Part shown: piece by piece, positions 14,641-27,129 of the stretch | Numbering within the stretch: position 1 is the first letter of the stretch | Layout of the letters: each line of letters opens with the position of its first letter | NCBI GenBank assembly: GCA_010093995.1 | Contig: ML992514.1 | Location: 336,084 to 400,083, forward strand | Reading direction: 5' to 3' | Length of the DNA: 64,000 nt | DNA from: Elsinoe ampelina | Taxonomy: Eukaryota | Translations under genes and position numbers: made by a program | The notes under the pieces: model-generated | Database searches by the model: none | Told to the model about the DNA's origin: nothing | What the model saw: only the letters and a program-made list of their open reading frames with translations

Positions 14641-14712
14641 ATCTAGTTTAGTATCTAGTTTAGTATCTAGTTTAGTATCTAGTTTAGAATCTAGTTTAGA
14701 ATCTAGTTTAGT
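14641..14712 (+). repeat. Tandem 12-bp repeat (ATCTAGTTTAGT/A) x ~6 in the Copia-1 IN-RT linker
   Basis: Read directly from sequence. Confidence 0.9.
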
Positions 14713-16262
14713 AGCTAAACTAGATACTATCTTAGACTCTAAGTTAGAGCAATTTAGATTAAGAGCTAAGCCTATCTTAGTAGCTAGATAAGAGTTACCC
14801 TATTATACTAGATTAGTTACTACCTCTATTAGACTAATGAGATAAGGCTATTCTAGATCTAAATCTAGCTTAGATCTAAGAATCTTTACTAAATAAACAG
14901 TTCTTTAATACTCTAGCCTTACTACTATCTATAGTAGTATAGCTATCTCCTCTACTACTAGGAGGAGATAAAGCTAAAGGAGATAAGATAGAAGTTTAGA
15001 CTAAAGAGGTAGTTAAAGCTTAGCCTAAGTAACTCCCTTAAAGAATTGCTATAAGGTTAGCTAACTTTCTTCCTAAATATATCCTTATAATAAGAAGAAT
15101 AAGAAAACTAAGAAGGCAAGTATATATTACTATCCTTATATAACCTAATAAGGCTCCTAGATATTACTAAGCCTTTAATGCTTATCTATTAATAATACTA
15201 ACTTAGCCTAAGCTAGAATTAAGAGATAATCTTTTACTACTACTAGCTAATATTAGAGAACTTAAGGCTTATCCTTATAAGAAGTAATTTTAAGAAGCTA
15301 TAAAGGCTAAATTAATTACTTTATACTTAAAATATATATAGACTATTATACTAGCTGCTTAAGTAATAGGTAAGCCTATCTCTTTAATATAGGTATTTAC
15401 CTATAAAGTTAATAATAAAGGAGAGATTATAAAGTATAAAGTAAGAATCTATATAAGGGATAATCTCTAATTAATAGAATTAGAGACTTATATAGCAACT
15501 TTAGTAGCTAAGATCTTTAGAATACTTATAGCTCTACTTACTTATAAAGATATAAAGGCTGTCTAGATAGATATTATTAATGCCTATATTAATAGCTCTA
15601 TTAATAAAACTACCTACTATACTATCTCTCCTAGATTTAAGTTAGTTATAGAGGAGCTTATAAAGGACTACTCTAGTATTACTCTATTAGATGTAATTCT
15701 CTTACTTAATAAAGCCTTATATAGTCTTAAATAAGCTCTAGCTCTCTAGTATACTAAATTTACTACTACTCTAAAGAGTATTAGTTTTACTTAGGCCCCT
15801 AAGGCTCCTTACCTCTAGCTAACCCCTAATATAATAATCTTCTTCTTTGTAGATAATATTACTATTATATACCTTAAGAAGTACAAAGAGAAAGCTAATA
15901 CTATTATTATAGCCCTCTATACTAAATATAAAATAAAGGTGCTTAAAGATCTAAGCTAGTTTCTAGCTATCTAAGTTATAAGAGATAGACTAATAAAGAG
16001 ACTCTAGCTTAGCTAAGCCTAGTATATATAATAGATATATAGTAAGTTTATTATAGAACTAATAAGGCTAGTGTTAATACTACTACTAATTAAGATACTT
16101 TAACCTTATAAAGGCTAAGTATTACTATAAGAGATCTACCTATACTAGTAGAAGGTTAGATCTATTAACTTTATAGCTGTTATTATAAGGCCTAATATTG
16201 CCTTTGCTACTTCTAGATTGTTAGAGTACTTAACTAATCTATTACTAACTTACTAGGGGCTA

Positions 16263-16403
16263 TGTTATATAAACTATAATAGTTAGTAATAAAAAGTATA
16301 TTAAGATATAGTTGTATAATAATTGCTATAGAAAGCTATCTTAGGTTATATATTCTACGCTAAGCCTTACGCTACGTAAGCTCTAGTTAACTATATAGTA
16401 ACA
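16263..16403. mobile_element. 141-bp solo LTR inserted in Copia-1 near the RT/RNaseH junction
   Basis: TGTTA...GTAACA termini; 5-bp TSD GGCTA at 16258-16262 and 16404-16408; the Copia reading frame resumes after removal. Confidence 0.85.
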
Positions 16404-17011
16404 GGCTAGTAAATAGAGTAATCTAGTATCTCTATAAAACTAGAAATCTAGCTCTTACCTTTAATAGCTTAATGCCACCTCTAATCTTCTAAGCCTTATT
16501 AGATGCTAGCTTTAGTAGTTACCCTTTAAGGAAGAGCCTTTAAGGCTATCTATTTAAGATGTTCTAAGGCTTAATTAACTAGAAGGCTACTAAGTAGCTA
16601 ATAGTTATAATCTTAAGTATAGAAGCTAAATTACTTACTCTTATAGAGACTACTAAGTAAGCTATATAGTAGAGGAGGCTAATAGCCTCTATCTATCCCC
16701 TTAAGCATATTAGCATTTAGTATAACAATTAGTAAATAATTAGCCTTATTACTAGTCTAATTAAGAAGCTAAATATATACCTTTACTATGTTAATATTTA
16801 TTATTATTAGCTAAAACAAGAGATTAATTAAGCTAGAGATCTATCTAGTCCTATCTTAGTTATATAGACACTATTAGTAGATATACTAGCTAATAGATTT
16901 ACTAAATTATTGCTACCTAGGAGGTATAAGGCCTTCTTATAATAGCTATCCCTTAAGTTAGTAGTCTACTAACTAGCTATAACAGCCTTATAGCTATTTA
17001 GTAAAGGAGTG

Positions 17012-17207
17012 TGTTAACCGAGGTATAAGCTAGAGCGCTAAGAAGGACCCTAATTTAGTTTATCCCCTAGTAGAACTAAACACTTATCTACTACTCTACT
17101 AGTTTATAATTAAATTAGATAGTTATTGTCTTAATCTGTTGTTATTTAGGAGTTCTATTGATTTAGTTATCTCTTAGTTTATTAGGTTAAGTATTTATAT
17201 AGTTACA
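17012..17207 (+). repeat. 3' LTR of Copia-1 (~196 bp)
   Basis: TG start after the purine tract; ends TTACA exactly where RIP-type composition switches to GC-balanced DNA. Partner LTR is outside the window. Confidence 0.7.
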
Positions 17208-17876
17208 ATCCACCTCAGTTTGGTGGAGAGGGCAGTAATCAATCCTTTTTCCTCCCCCACACAAGTCAACAGATTTTCAGGTTGTTGGTCACCTTCAAAA
17301 TCTCGGTATACATGTCCGAGAAGGCCGCAAACTGAAGCGCCAAGTCAACGACGATCGTTATCTGCATATTGGCGACGGGTCCATCGTACAGTAATCGGGG
17401 ATCACAACACTCTCCACCACATCATAAGGCCATGTAAGCAGACCACTGCAGGAAAGATCTCGAGCTGATCCAATTTTCAGGCGTCATCTTGTCCATCAGA
17501 TCGAGCTCTTCCTCGGATCAGATCTCCAGCAACGCAGGGAGCTCACGGTCACAAAATTCGACTGTCAACAGGCCAACTGCGTTAAGCCAGAGAACTACCA
17601 CGCCCACATCAACCGACTTCAAGCCCATAGTACCCTCCAACTCTAGGTGATTCCAGCATATAGCGCAATGCGTATTTAAAATCACTTCTAAATAGGGCTG
17701 GCCCTTCTTCGTAGCAGCCGCGACCTAACATACCACAGGTCGCTGGAAAGGAGCGTACAAGGTAGTCTCTAATGGCCTGGTTTCTGTCTCGGGGACTGGT
17801 CATAGGGCGACCTTCAGTCTCCATTCTTTGATGTGAGCTTTGAAGCAATTGCAAATATCGTTATCAACTACCGTAC

Positions 17877-18683
17877 CTACCCTGTCGGTGTCGTCTGCGC
17901 CCACCACTCCTCCAGCCTGACTAATGCCTCTTCGTCATGCTTCTGGTCCGACGTCAAGACTTCCCCGTCACCCTGATACCACTCTGGCAGCTTCCCACCC
18001 CGATCAACCACCTTCCCAAATGGCTTGCACCAACCAAAGCCAACCAACACAGCATTTCCAAAGGCATCAAACATCACATTCCTCGGATGGACATCATTAT
18101 GCGCCAATCCGAACATATGCAGCCTCTCCACCGCCGTCTTCAGATCCCTCATCACCACCTTCCGATCCACAACTTGCCCACGTCTCACCTTCTCTTCCAA
18201 AGACATCTCATACTTTTGCAGCACCAATCCGACAACACAACCCCTCCTCGCTAAGCAGCCCTGAAACTTGACCAGACTCCGATGCGGATAGGAGTACAGC
18301 AATCTCAGAACCTCGACCTGTTCCTGGAACGCTTTCGGGATCCAATCATTGTCCTTCGCCGGATCACAGTCTTTCAGGCGAGGGTACTCCACCCATTTAC
18401 CGTCGACAGGGGTGGAACAGACTGGTAAGTCCGGCGTCAGGGGTGGATAGACTGCGGAGTCAAGTACGGGATGGAGTTCGAGAGCGACATCCCGGTCCGT
18501 GAGACCGGCGGGCGACTTGGAGGATGTCCCGTACCGGAAGACGTGAGTCTCGGATACGTAGGTGAAGACGGAGATCTGCTCACCTGTCGAGGGACTGGTC
18601 TCCGTCGTCAGAGAGTGCAAGGAGGCTTTGGTGATGGCCGGCCAGTTGGTGCCAGGTGCGGCGGAAAAGGGTCGGGGTGGCAT
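17877..18683 (-). CDS. Small protein kinase-like protein, probable pseudokinase (268 aa)
   Basis: HNDVHPRN catalytic-loop-like motif and HRSLVKFQGC. DFG is replaced by GFG, and the beta3 Lys position reads VEYP (paralog: VKRP). Confidence 0.8.
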   Translation of the reverse strand: MPPRPFSAAPGTNWPAITKASLHSLTTETSPSTGEQISVFTYVSETHVFRYGTSSKSPAGLTDRDVALELHPVLDSAVYPPLTPDLPVCSTPVDGKWVEYPRLKDCDPAKDNDWIPKAFQEQVEVLRLLYSYPHRSLVKFQGCLARRGCVVGLVLQKYEMSLEEKVRRGQVVDRKVVMRDLKTAVERLHMFGLAHNDVHPRNVMFDAFGNAVLVGFGWCKPFGKVVDRGGKLPEWYQGDGEVLTSDQKHDEEALVRLEEWWAQTTPTG

Positions 18684-19028
18684 GGTGTTTGTGTGCTGTA
18701 AGCTGGAGAGAAGTTGAAGTAGGAACGACGAGAGGTAGGTTTGAGCCTGGCAGGTGTGCGTATATTCGATGTTTCATTCTTCCCATTTTTGCGAGTTGCA
18801 CCAACGACTGTGCGTGATCACTTTGCCGCCGGCACAGCATATCTTGGTAGTACAATGTGCTACCTGCAGGCACCCAGGATCTGTGGTCTCTCCAACGACT
18901 CATAGGCATGTACATTTGGTACCCATACCAGAATCAGCTGAAAAATATCACGCCGTCGCCTCCATATTGGTCAATTGAAGTGCATGTCTTGATACTCACG
19001 AAACAAAAGTGAAAACGCAAAAGTGAGA

Positions 19029-19350
19029 ACAGATGTCCCTCACATGCCACCTCACTCTCACCTCATCTCACCTGACACGAGGCTCGAACCCACGCCCCTC
19101 CCTCCACCCCTGAATTGCAAAAAGGCACCTACGAATCGCTTCGCAGGGCTCAAACACCTCTCTTCGGCCGCGCATCAGGTGTAAAACTGAGTGTAACAGG
19201 CTTCCGAAAGGGGTTATGATTAAACACCTCAAGACGTCGCGCATCTGGACCAACAGAGTGTAACAGCATATCCCGAGAGAAACGCGCGCATCTGGATTGG
19301 CAGAGTGTAACAGACATCTGTGAGGATGAGGTGAGGGAGGGTGAGAAAGG
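19029..19350. repeat. Intergenic repeat module: three imperfect direct repeats CGCGCATCWGG-Nx-GAGTGTAACAG bracketed by imperfect inverted repeats
   Basis: Units start near 19169, 19238 and 19285. CTCACCTCATCTCAC (~19057-19071) mirrors GTGAGGATGAGGTGAG (~19320-19335); ACAGATGTC (19029) mirrors GACATCTGT (19313). Confidence 0.6.
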
Positions 19351-19418
19351 CTATATATCTTACCTCTTGGTCGCGTGCCGTGTGCTTGAGAGAGAGCCCA
19401 GTATCAAGGCATATTGGT

Positions 19419-19482
19419 GATTTTCCATTGTCACATTGCTAACTTCACATTAACCGATTTTCCATTGTCACATTGCTAACTT
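19419..19482 (+). repeat. Perfect 27-bp direct duplication GATTTTCCATTGTCACATTGCTAACTT
   Basis: Copies at 19419-19445 and 19456-19482. Confidence 0.9.
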
Positions 19483-20374
19483 TGTAGTACAGCGGAGGAG
19501 CATGGTATGCTAGGACATTGTTCGCTTCCAAGCAGGCTTCCCTATGATAGAGTTTTATTGACCCTCTGCAAGGCCTCACTATTGCGCCGTCCTTTACATG
19601 CACACCCAAATTTTTGGTACATGGGTGTCCACTGTTCACCGCTCAAAGTCACGGGCCAGACCATGCTGATGCGGCACAGCTCGGCGGCAAAGGAGACACA
19701 CTTGCAATTCTTGCGAACATGACACCCAACGAGACAAGACAAGGCGGGCGGCAACACCTGGGGCTATGCGAGTACTCAAACACTCGGTCTTTGAAGGTAA
19801 TTATAGCGGCGTGAGATAGGTCTATAAGAATGAGCCCTTTTCTCACCATCGGATTTTTCAAGTACAATCAACCCGTCCCTTCGCCGAACTCCATACAACA
19901 ATCACAGCTCTCCTACGCAATTGCTGCAGCATATCTCAGACTTCCTAAAGTAACATCATAGCCATGTAAGTCGTCTCCCACCGACGTCCATACTTCGACT
20001 GACCTCCCACCAGGTGTACCCAGCTCACCACCATCAAGGTTACCATAGGCCCGGACGGCCGTGCCCGAAGGACTGTCGAGGTCAGGACTGTAGACTGCGA
20101 AAGTACAACCTGTCCCCGTTCCGCTTCGTACGTTCCTCCTCGAAACAACAACGGTGGTGGAAGTGGCGGAAGTGGCAGGCGTTAGCGGCATGTTGTCAAG
20201 ACATTTGACGGAGGAGCTACAGCCTTGAACAGAAAGAGGAGGACCTGGACGATTGATAGTGGTGAATTTGGGTAGAAGCGAAGAGGTCGGAATTGCCGGT
20301 GTGTGAAGTGCAGGTGGGCTTCTAATGGATATGCCTCAGTCGTCTCTCTTTTAGCTCCGCTGGCTCTTTGCACG

Positions 20375-21211
20375 CTACCATGTTCTGCTATGTTCTTCCA
20401 GCCACGAACGAATCTTTGCTATTCCGTAGTCATCGCTTTGTGGCAGTGAAGTACAACACAGCTCATCCTCGACCCAGCCAGGCGTTCCTGCACTGAGCAA
20501 TTCTTCACCAAACGCCTTACAAGACCCAAAGTCGATGATGATCGGACGCTGCTCTTCATCCAGCAGGATGTTCATTGGATTGATGTCGTTATGAGCGAGT
20601 CCTAGTGAATGGAGATGTTGGACACCCGCTTTGATCCCAGCCATGATACTACCGATGTCGATAGGTAGTTTCTTGTCGTTGACATGCTTCTCAAGCGTGG
20701 TGTGGTACTTGTCCAAGACGAGACCTGCGATGAAGCCCCGCCGGAGAAGACATCCATGATATCCGATCAGATTCGGATGTGGATGCTTGGATATGACCTC
20801 GGTGACTTTGATCTCATCCATGAGAAGCTGAGCAATGACTCCAGACCCAGCGAGATCGTCGTACCATGTCATCTTTGGGCGCTTGACGTACAGCTTTTCA
20901 TCCGATTCGCCACGAAAGATTGTCACGTTCTCCGTCGGGAGGGGATAGATGTCCTCATCCGGGACCTTCTTCAGTGCAGTCAGGAAATCCTCGTCCTTCA
21001 TCTTCAGCTTGGGTATCGTGGTAGATCCAAAGTAGAACACGTCCTCGGAGTCAAGATATGCGAACGTCGTGCGCTTGAAGCTGCCGGTATCGACATCTGT
21101 GACTTCGCAAAGCATCTTGCGGTCGGCCTTTGTCAGCTGAGGCATGTTCTGGCAGTGCTCGGTGTTTTCTTGTGCGTCTGAAGTGGCTGAGCCCATGGTA
21201 TCCAGCACCAT
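20375..21211 (-). CDS. Small Ser/Thr protein kinase-like protein (fungal single-domain family)
   Basis: YVKRP, HPHPNLIGYHGC, HNDINPMN, DFG and GTPGW motifs. First ATG is at 21211 (the ORF track uses an upstream TTG at 21268). Confidence 0.85.
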   Translation of the reverse strand: MVLDTMGSATSDAQENTEHCQNMPQLTKADRKMLCEVTDVDTGSFKRTTFAYLDSEDVFYFGSTTIPKLKMKDEDFLTALKKVPDEDIYPLPTENVTIFRGESDEKLYVKRPKMTWYDDLAGSGVIAQLLMDEIKVTEVISKHPHPNLIGYHGCLLRRGFIAGLVLDKYHTTLEKHVNDKKLPIDIGSIMAGIKAGVQHLHSLGLAHNDINPMNILLDEEQRPIIIDFGSCKAFGEELLSAGTPGWVEDELCCTSLPQSDDYGIAKIRSWLEEHSRTW

Positions 21212-21818
21212 AGTCTCCTCTTCTAAGATACTGCTAGCAGCCAACGCTGTGCGCTGTCCTGGAGACAATCTACGAGTCTCCGCTCAGGAAGCTCTATCGA
21301 GTCCGTCAGAGATGCGGCAAGCGAGAGAGATGTGGCGCAGTCAGTCCGTCTCCGAAACGACCACCTTCAGACTCATTGCTAGTGTCTGGCTACGTACGAC
21401 TCACGATTGAAGGCCTGAGAACATCTAGCAACATCCAGTCTGAGGCATAGGTGTGGAGAGAACGGGCTACAATCGTGCTGGACCGCGTACCAAGATTTTT
21501 AGGTTGTCAGTCACACCTCAGAAAGGTGAGAATTGTGTAGAACTGTCAGCATCTAGTAGGAATATTAATGCAAATACTACTAGATGTGAATAGCAAATCT
21601 TCAAGTCCGCTATTTGTACTTGGATACTAGGTTCTGGTAGTTATTATACTATAGGTCCTACCAGCACTGGCTATTCCTATACGCCTAGCGCCATGCACCA
21701 AAATCTGATAAGCAATAAGTCATTACTCATAGGCACCTTATGGTCGTCTCAAAAGGCCGTAGCAAGCTCCATATGCGACCATTCCCTCCACGATACTTCC
21801 CTTCAAATCGCACCCCTC

Positions 21819-24800
21819 CTAGAAAGCCCCTCGAATCTTCGCATACAACTCCGTGTCCAAAAAGTTATAATGCGGATCCGAGAAACAGAACGGCGCCCTC
21901 AGCAACGTCTCAGCAGTCGGCCTATCAGCCGGATCACTGCGTCTTGTCAGTCTGTGCCCCCATGCCACCCCTTCGTTCTCAGGACAATACTCACATTGTA
22001 AAGCAATCATACATGAAACTCAACGCCGCCGGGCCCACCACACTCGACACATCATCCGGGATAGGCGGCGCCTGATTCAGACTCCCCAGCTTAAAAATCG
22101 CTCCGATCGCCTCCTCCTTACTCCACGGCCGATTCCCCGCGAACATCTCCAGCACAACGCACCCGAGGGACCAAATGTCCACTTTGGCCGAATAGCCCTG
22201 GTTGCTCGCGTCCGGGTCGCCTTGGGCTTGGCTCTGCGCACGGATGACCTCGGGAGCCATCCAGAAGACGCTTCCCTGCATGGAGTTTGAGATGTCGTTG
22301 TTGTAAGGGTTGCGAGACTTTTTGGAGATGCCAAAGTCGGAGATTTTGCAGGTGCCGTCGAGGTCGAGGAGGATGTTGTCTGCCTTTAAATCGCGGTGGA
22401 GGATGCCTTCGCGGTGGAGGTAGGCGAGGCCTTCGAGGGTTTGCCGCGTGAGAGAGGAGACGACGGATTCTTCGAATTTGCCGTGTTTGCGTAGGACTGA
22501 GCCGATGGAGCCACCGGAGATGTACTCGAGGAAGATGCTGATGGAGTATTCTTTGCGTTCGCAGCCGAGGTATTGCACGATGTTGACGTGGTCGAGGTGT
22601 TGCATTGTGTCGATTTCAGAATCGAGGGCTTTGACCATTTCGCGGATCTTGGAGGGGTCGGCGTTGGGGGCTTTGGGGTTGACTTCGACTTGTTTGACAG
22701 CGAGTAGCTCACCGGTGGTGGTGTTCATACCGAGGTAGACACGGCCAAAGGTACCTTTGCCAATTAGCTGACCGCGCATCCATTTGAAGGTCTGTTGGCG
22801 GCTGGGCTGGTCGCGAGAGGACAATGGGAGATTGTCTTGCGGTATGGTCTCGAGCTGGAACAGCCGGGAACCTCGAGATGGCTTGATCTGCTCGATCTTG
22901 GCACCAAACATCTTGGTCGACTTGCGGCGGACAATGCTCGATTCTGAAGGCTTGAGGGCGCTGATGCGGTTCGGTAGCGCGCTTGCGAAGTATCCGCTAG
23001 GAGTGCGTTCCGATCCGATGGACGAGTTTGACACCTGACTGTTCTTCGAAGACATGCTGTACGCTCCTTTGACCACCTCACGGATCGACTTGGTCCGTCC
23101 GAGACCGCCTTGCTTCCGGAGTGATCTCGCGGCCATGCTTTGCAGCTGGTCGCGGGACTTGAGAGTCGACTCTTCACTGCCCAAGGTGTCATTTTCGTCA
23201 AGGTCAGCAAGTGATGTCCGGCTGGAATTGGAAACATTGAACCATGATGATCCAGCAGTATCGACCGTGCTTGGGTCGGTGCTCTGTGTGAGACTCTCGC
23301 TTCCACTTGATCCCTCCTGCCCCTCGTCTACCATGGGTTGATCCAAATCGACGTTCGGGAAGAACTCGTCAAGATGCTCAACAAGTGCTTCGGCTGGAGG
23401 ACGATTGGCCCACACATCACTAGCGAAGCTCGCCCTTCTATCGAAACCATTATCCTCAGCTGGTGATTCGCCAGATTGATGGCCAGATCCGGCCGAGCTA
23501 GGATGGAACTCGATGCGTCGTTTACCGTCACCATTACGGCTGACGTTTGGCGAAGCTTGCCGTTCTTCATCACCATCAATGGCAGGCGAACCGCCTTTGA
23601 GAGAGACTTTGCCGGAAGATGCCGCGGACTTTTCATCCTTACGCTTGTTAATGGGCACTGCAAAAAGATCATCGTCAGAATCTTCATCGTCATTATCAGG
23701 CGGCGCTGGAGCAGGAGCTCTGTTGGTAAATGTGACCTCCGAGTATGGCAGGTCGAAACTAGGACCATAACTTTTGCGAGTGCCGCGTCGGTGCAGCTGA
23801 CTTTCCTCTGGCTGAGCCGTGCTGGGACTAACATCTGGGCTCTTCGCTGAAAGATCCCCAATCTCGGTTTCCGAAGGTAGTCGTAATTTCAAAGCTGGTC
23901 GCTCGGTAGCGGCATTGCGGAAATTGTCGTTCTGTGCATCTTCGGTAGCGTAGTCTGGAACAAAAAATGGTAAGCCACCCTTGGACATTGTGATAGGAGA
24001 TCGTGGAGAGCTACCATTGCCAGGGCTGTTTCGGCCGGTTTGCTGCTGTTGCTGCTGATTGTTGAAACCGACACTCGCCAGTGCTGTCTTCCCAGCTGCG
24101 CGGCGTTCCAAGATGGTCTCCTGTCTCTGTTCAGGTCGCTTCAATGTGCGCGCAGCATCTTCACCAAGCTGTTTCCATGGGTCCATCTTATGGTCACTGA
24201 TCCTGCTGCTGGGACGCCGTCGGATAGAGATGGTCCGCAAGGTATCACTTGGTTCTGATGGTGGACGAGGTGCTGTCCGCATCGGACGTGTGTGGTCAGA
24301 CTTCCGATCGTTGAACGATCCTGAGCTGCGGTTGTCATAAGGAGATTCTCGACCTTTGTCAAAGTCGATGACCTTGTCTCGTCGGATACTGGGGTCGTAG
24401 CGGTTTTGACCACCGTCCTTTTGAAGCTGTGCTTTGCGCTCGGCTAGGTAAGCCTGTTGCTTTCGCGCTGTCTCCCTGCGATGCTCATCTGCTTTTTGCT
24501 CCAGTATACGAAGTCGCTCATTCTCAGGTATGCTGATTGATTCACGCGACTTGTCAAAATTCCTGAGGTAGCCGGGAGTTGGACGAGGACGAGCTGGCGG
24601 CGCCAACGACTCCCCTGTCTTCATGCCTTCGGACTCTCCACGATCCTCTTGTGGTGCCGTCATACGCTTGATGATGCTCTCTTGGCCCGACGATGGAAGT
24701 CCATGAACATGATTGAAAGGAGAAGTCGGGAAACCACTGCTCATGGCTGCTGTACTTGCGCCATCTGCTGAGAAGCCAGTTCTGACAAACAATTTGAGGC

Positions 24801-27129
24801 TGGCGATAGGGTCTGCAAGCCGAGAACGGGCTGAAAGCATGAGAGAGTCGGACAATCCATCATCGTGCTCGATCTGACCTGGAGCCGTGATATGAAAAGT
24901 GATAGTATGATCATTCGGTATACCAAGATTGTAGCAGATGATGCTCTTCATGTCCTCAGCCGAGTCAGCACCAGACAGATCCACCAGTCTATAGTTCCAG
25001 CCATCTGGAGTCGCAAAGACAAACTTGCGCTCGACTGGTGTCGGAACCTTGTTGTCCCAAGGTCGGTTACTGGGTAGAGCATTCGCAGAGGCTATAGCTT
25101 GCGTATCGGCGGGACTGTTTGGCGGACTGTCTTCTTTGGTGGCTTTGTGCACATCCTTTCGGCTAATCTTCTGCATCAGCGCAGGTGATTTGTTGTCATT
25201 ATTATGCTTGTCTTTGCGACTCTCATGATGCAGCTTGTCTAGTAGATTCGTTTCACTTGCAGCGCTGTTGAGGGTACTGTGGTTGCGACTCTGTTGGTTG
25301 CCACTTGTCGTGTTCTGAGGGATCAAATTTGCTTCGGAGCTGCTGAAATGGTTTGCATAGTATCCTTTTGGAGGCGCATGAGCAGTCTTCGCAGTATGCG
25401 TTTTCGGACTGTGGTGAGGGCTGGATTCCCGAGGCGGACCACGGTGGCCATTATCTTGAGCAGGGCTGGATCTCCGGGCTGGGCCATTCAGACCTCTCAG
25501 TGCGTCCTGGGAAGAGACACTGCGACCCGTTGTGGTGTCAAGGTCCCGTCCCATCGCAAGGTGAGTCAACTTGTCCATGCCCGACTTGTTGCTGGCTTTT
25601 CTCCGTTCTGCCTCCTTCGCAGCTTGCGCCGAGGTTGGATAGTTTGCTGGCATACGCATTCCAGGGCTTTCTTCACCAGAGTTGGCGGTGTTTGGGGTTG
25701 AGCCTGTGATCTCTTGACGCCCTAGTCGCGGTGAACTCTCGACTCCTCCATCGGTACCAGCACTTGGTACACCGGCGGAGCCGTTTCTCTGGTGCCGAGA
25801 TGGGATGCTCGATGCACTGCTACCATTCGCGCTAGTCACAGCATTCTCGACAAGATGCCTGATAAGCTTCCTGGCTCGTTTCCCCTCCTCAAGCGTGGCA
25901 AGTTTGTCGTATGGAATTCCCTGAGCAGAACATTCTTTTGCGACTTGTGGATAGATGTTGTTGTACAGGATAGGCATGTTTACAACCGCGGATCTACCAA
26001 TGTCCAAGAAATGAGAACCGTGTAGATTCAAATGCCTGAAAGCATCTTGCCATGTTTGTGGAAAGTTGTTCGCTGCCAGCCATGAGATCACACGGTCCAC
26101 TGGCCAAGCAAGATCATGTGGCGATGGCGGTGGTTGCTCGTGGCGATCTTCTCTATGAGGTATCGACTGAGCTTCAGTACCGAGTTGTGAGCTTGTCTGC
26201 TGTGGAGCAGGAGACGAGTACTCTTGCTTCTCTTTCGCGGGCATAACCATCTTGGACTTTTTGCTCGAAGGCGTGGGCGGAGCAATGCTGATGCTAGAGG
26301 AGTGCTGCAGGGGTGCGGGTGACTGTTGTAGATTTGAGCTGTGTGGCAAAACGCTATACTGAGGTGGAGGACCACTTGTAGGAAAGGCTGACTGGGGCGT
26401 CTGCTGTTGTTGCGACTGGTTCTGGCTCTGATGGGACGTAGTGTATGAGTAGAGTGTGCTGGAGTCTGACCATCCATTCTGTCCTACATTCGACGAAGCT
26501 GGGTGATCGTTTGGATATGGTGGATTGTTCTGGTAGTCGTGATTGTACCAGGAATTGGCGGGTTGAGAGAACATGGGCCTCAGATTCTGCTGTGTTGGAG
26601 AGTGCAAAGGTGGTATGCCAACGCCCGGGCCAAATGACTCTCCTCCAGGTATGTAAGTAGCGGAGGTTAAGGGCTGGTTGTCCGGAGGTAGAGGCGGCAT
26701 TGACATGTACGCAGAGTAAGCTGTGGGATCGTAGGCTCGGGGCTCCCTGTTCATGTTGATCGGCGGAGGTGGTGGATAGCTGTTCTGGTGATTGAGTCCG
26801 CCCCAAGGAGAGTTCTGTGAGGGCGGTGGAGGCATCATCATGCCATTGTGCCCTGGATGACCGCTTCTGGGTGGCGGAGGAGGGAGGTACATGCCCTGGT
26901 GCTGCTGGGTTGACAAGGGAGGAGGAGGTGGAGGGACATAGCCTCTGCCCACTGCTTCAACCTGTGCTGCAGAAGCATGTCTTTGTCCAGGCGCGGCAGT
27001 CCCAGGAGTTGACGGTGTGTTCCTCCTGTAGATATCTTGCGCCTGCTGAGCTGCAGCGGCGTTTGGATCGGCGTATGTATGTGCGCGCGGCCGTGGGCTC
27101 GTACTGTATGGTGGCTGTTGTGTAGCCAT
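21819..27129 (-). CDS. BCK1: MAP kinase kinase kinase of the cell-wall-integrity pathway (Bck1/Mkh1/BckA); 2 exons
   Basis: SAM-like WPVDRVISWL; conserved WANRPPAEALVEHLDEFFPNVDLD; C-terminal STE kinase GKGTFGRV, AVKQV, HRDLKADN, DFG, GSVFWMAPE. Intron 21937-21994 (GTGAGT..CTGAC..CAG) joins FTI/DPADRPTAETLL...AF*. ATG at 27129. Confidence 0.95.

Larger units (their letters stand above)
13066..17207 (+). mobile_element. Ty1/Copia LTR retrotransposon (Copia-1), 3' part, RIP-inactivated; interrupted by Gypsy-1
   Basis: Plus-strand order PR (*ILDSRVTNYI = WILDSGATDHI ~13188), IN (TPYT*A*N ~14112), RT (FFVDNI = FFVDDI ~15843), RNaseH (TK*LIVIILSIEAKL = TKQPTVTTSSTEAEL ~16590). Purine tract AAAGGAG at 17003 then LTR. 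Confidence 0.9.

Noticed and set aside
1..17207. AT-rich ORF-free DNA as possible organellar insertion or alternative genetic code
   Set aside because: Stops fall at Gln/Trp positions of recognisable TE motifs and TpA is hugely enriched, which RIP explains.
17220..17870. Short ORFs next to the Copia LTR
   Set aside because: No recognisable domain or consistent splice structure in any frame.
19913..20191. 92-aa minus-strand ORF
   Set aside because: No motif, signal peptide or splice support; it may be real but cannot be supported from sequence alone.
22077..27125. Many overlapping ORFs within BCK1 (likewise within PDC1, ash1 and the NLR)
   Set aside because: Shadow or antisense frames of GC-rich coding sequence.
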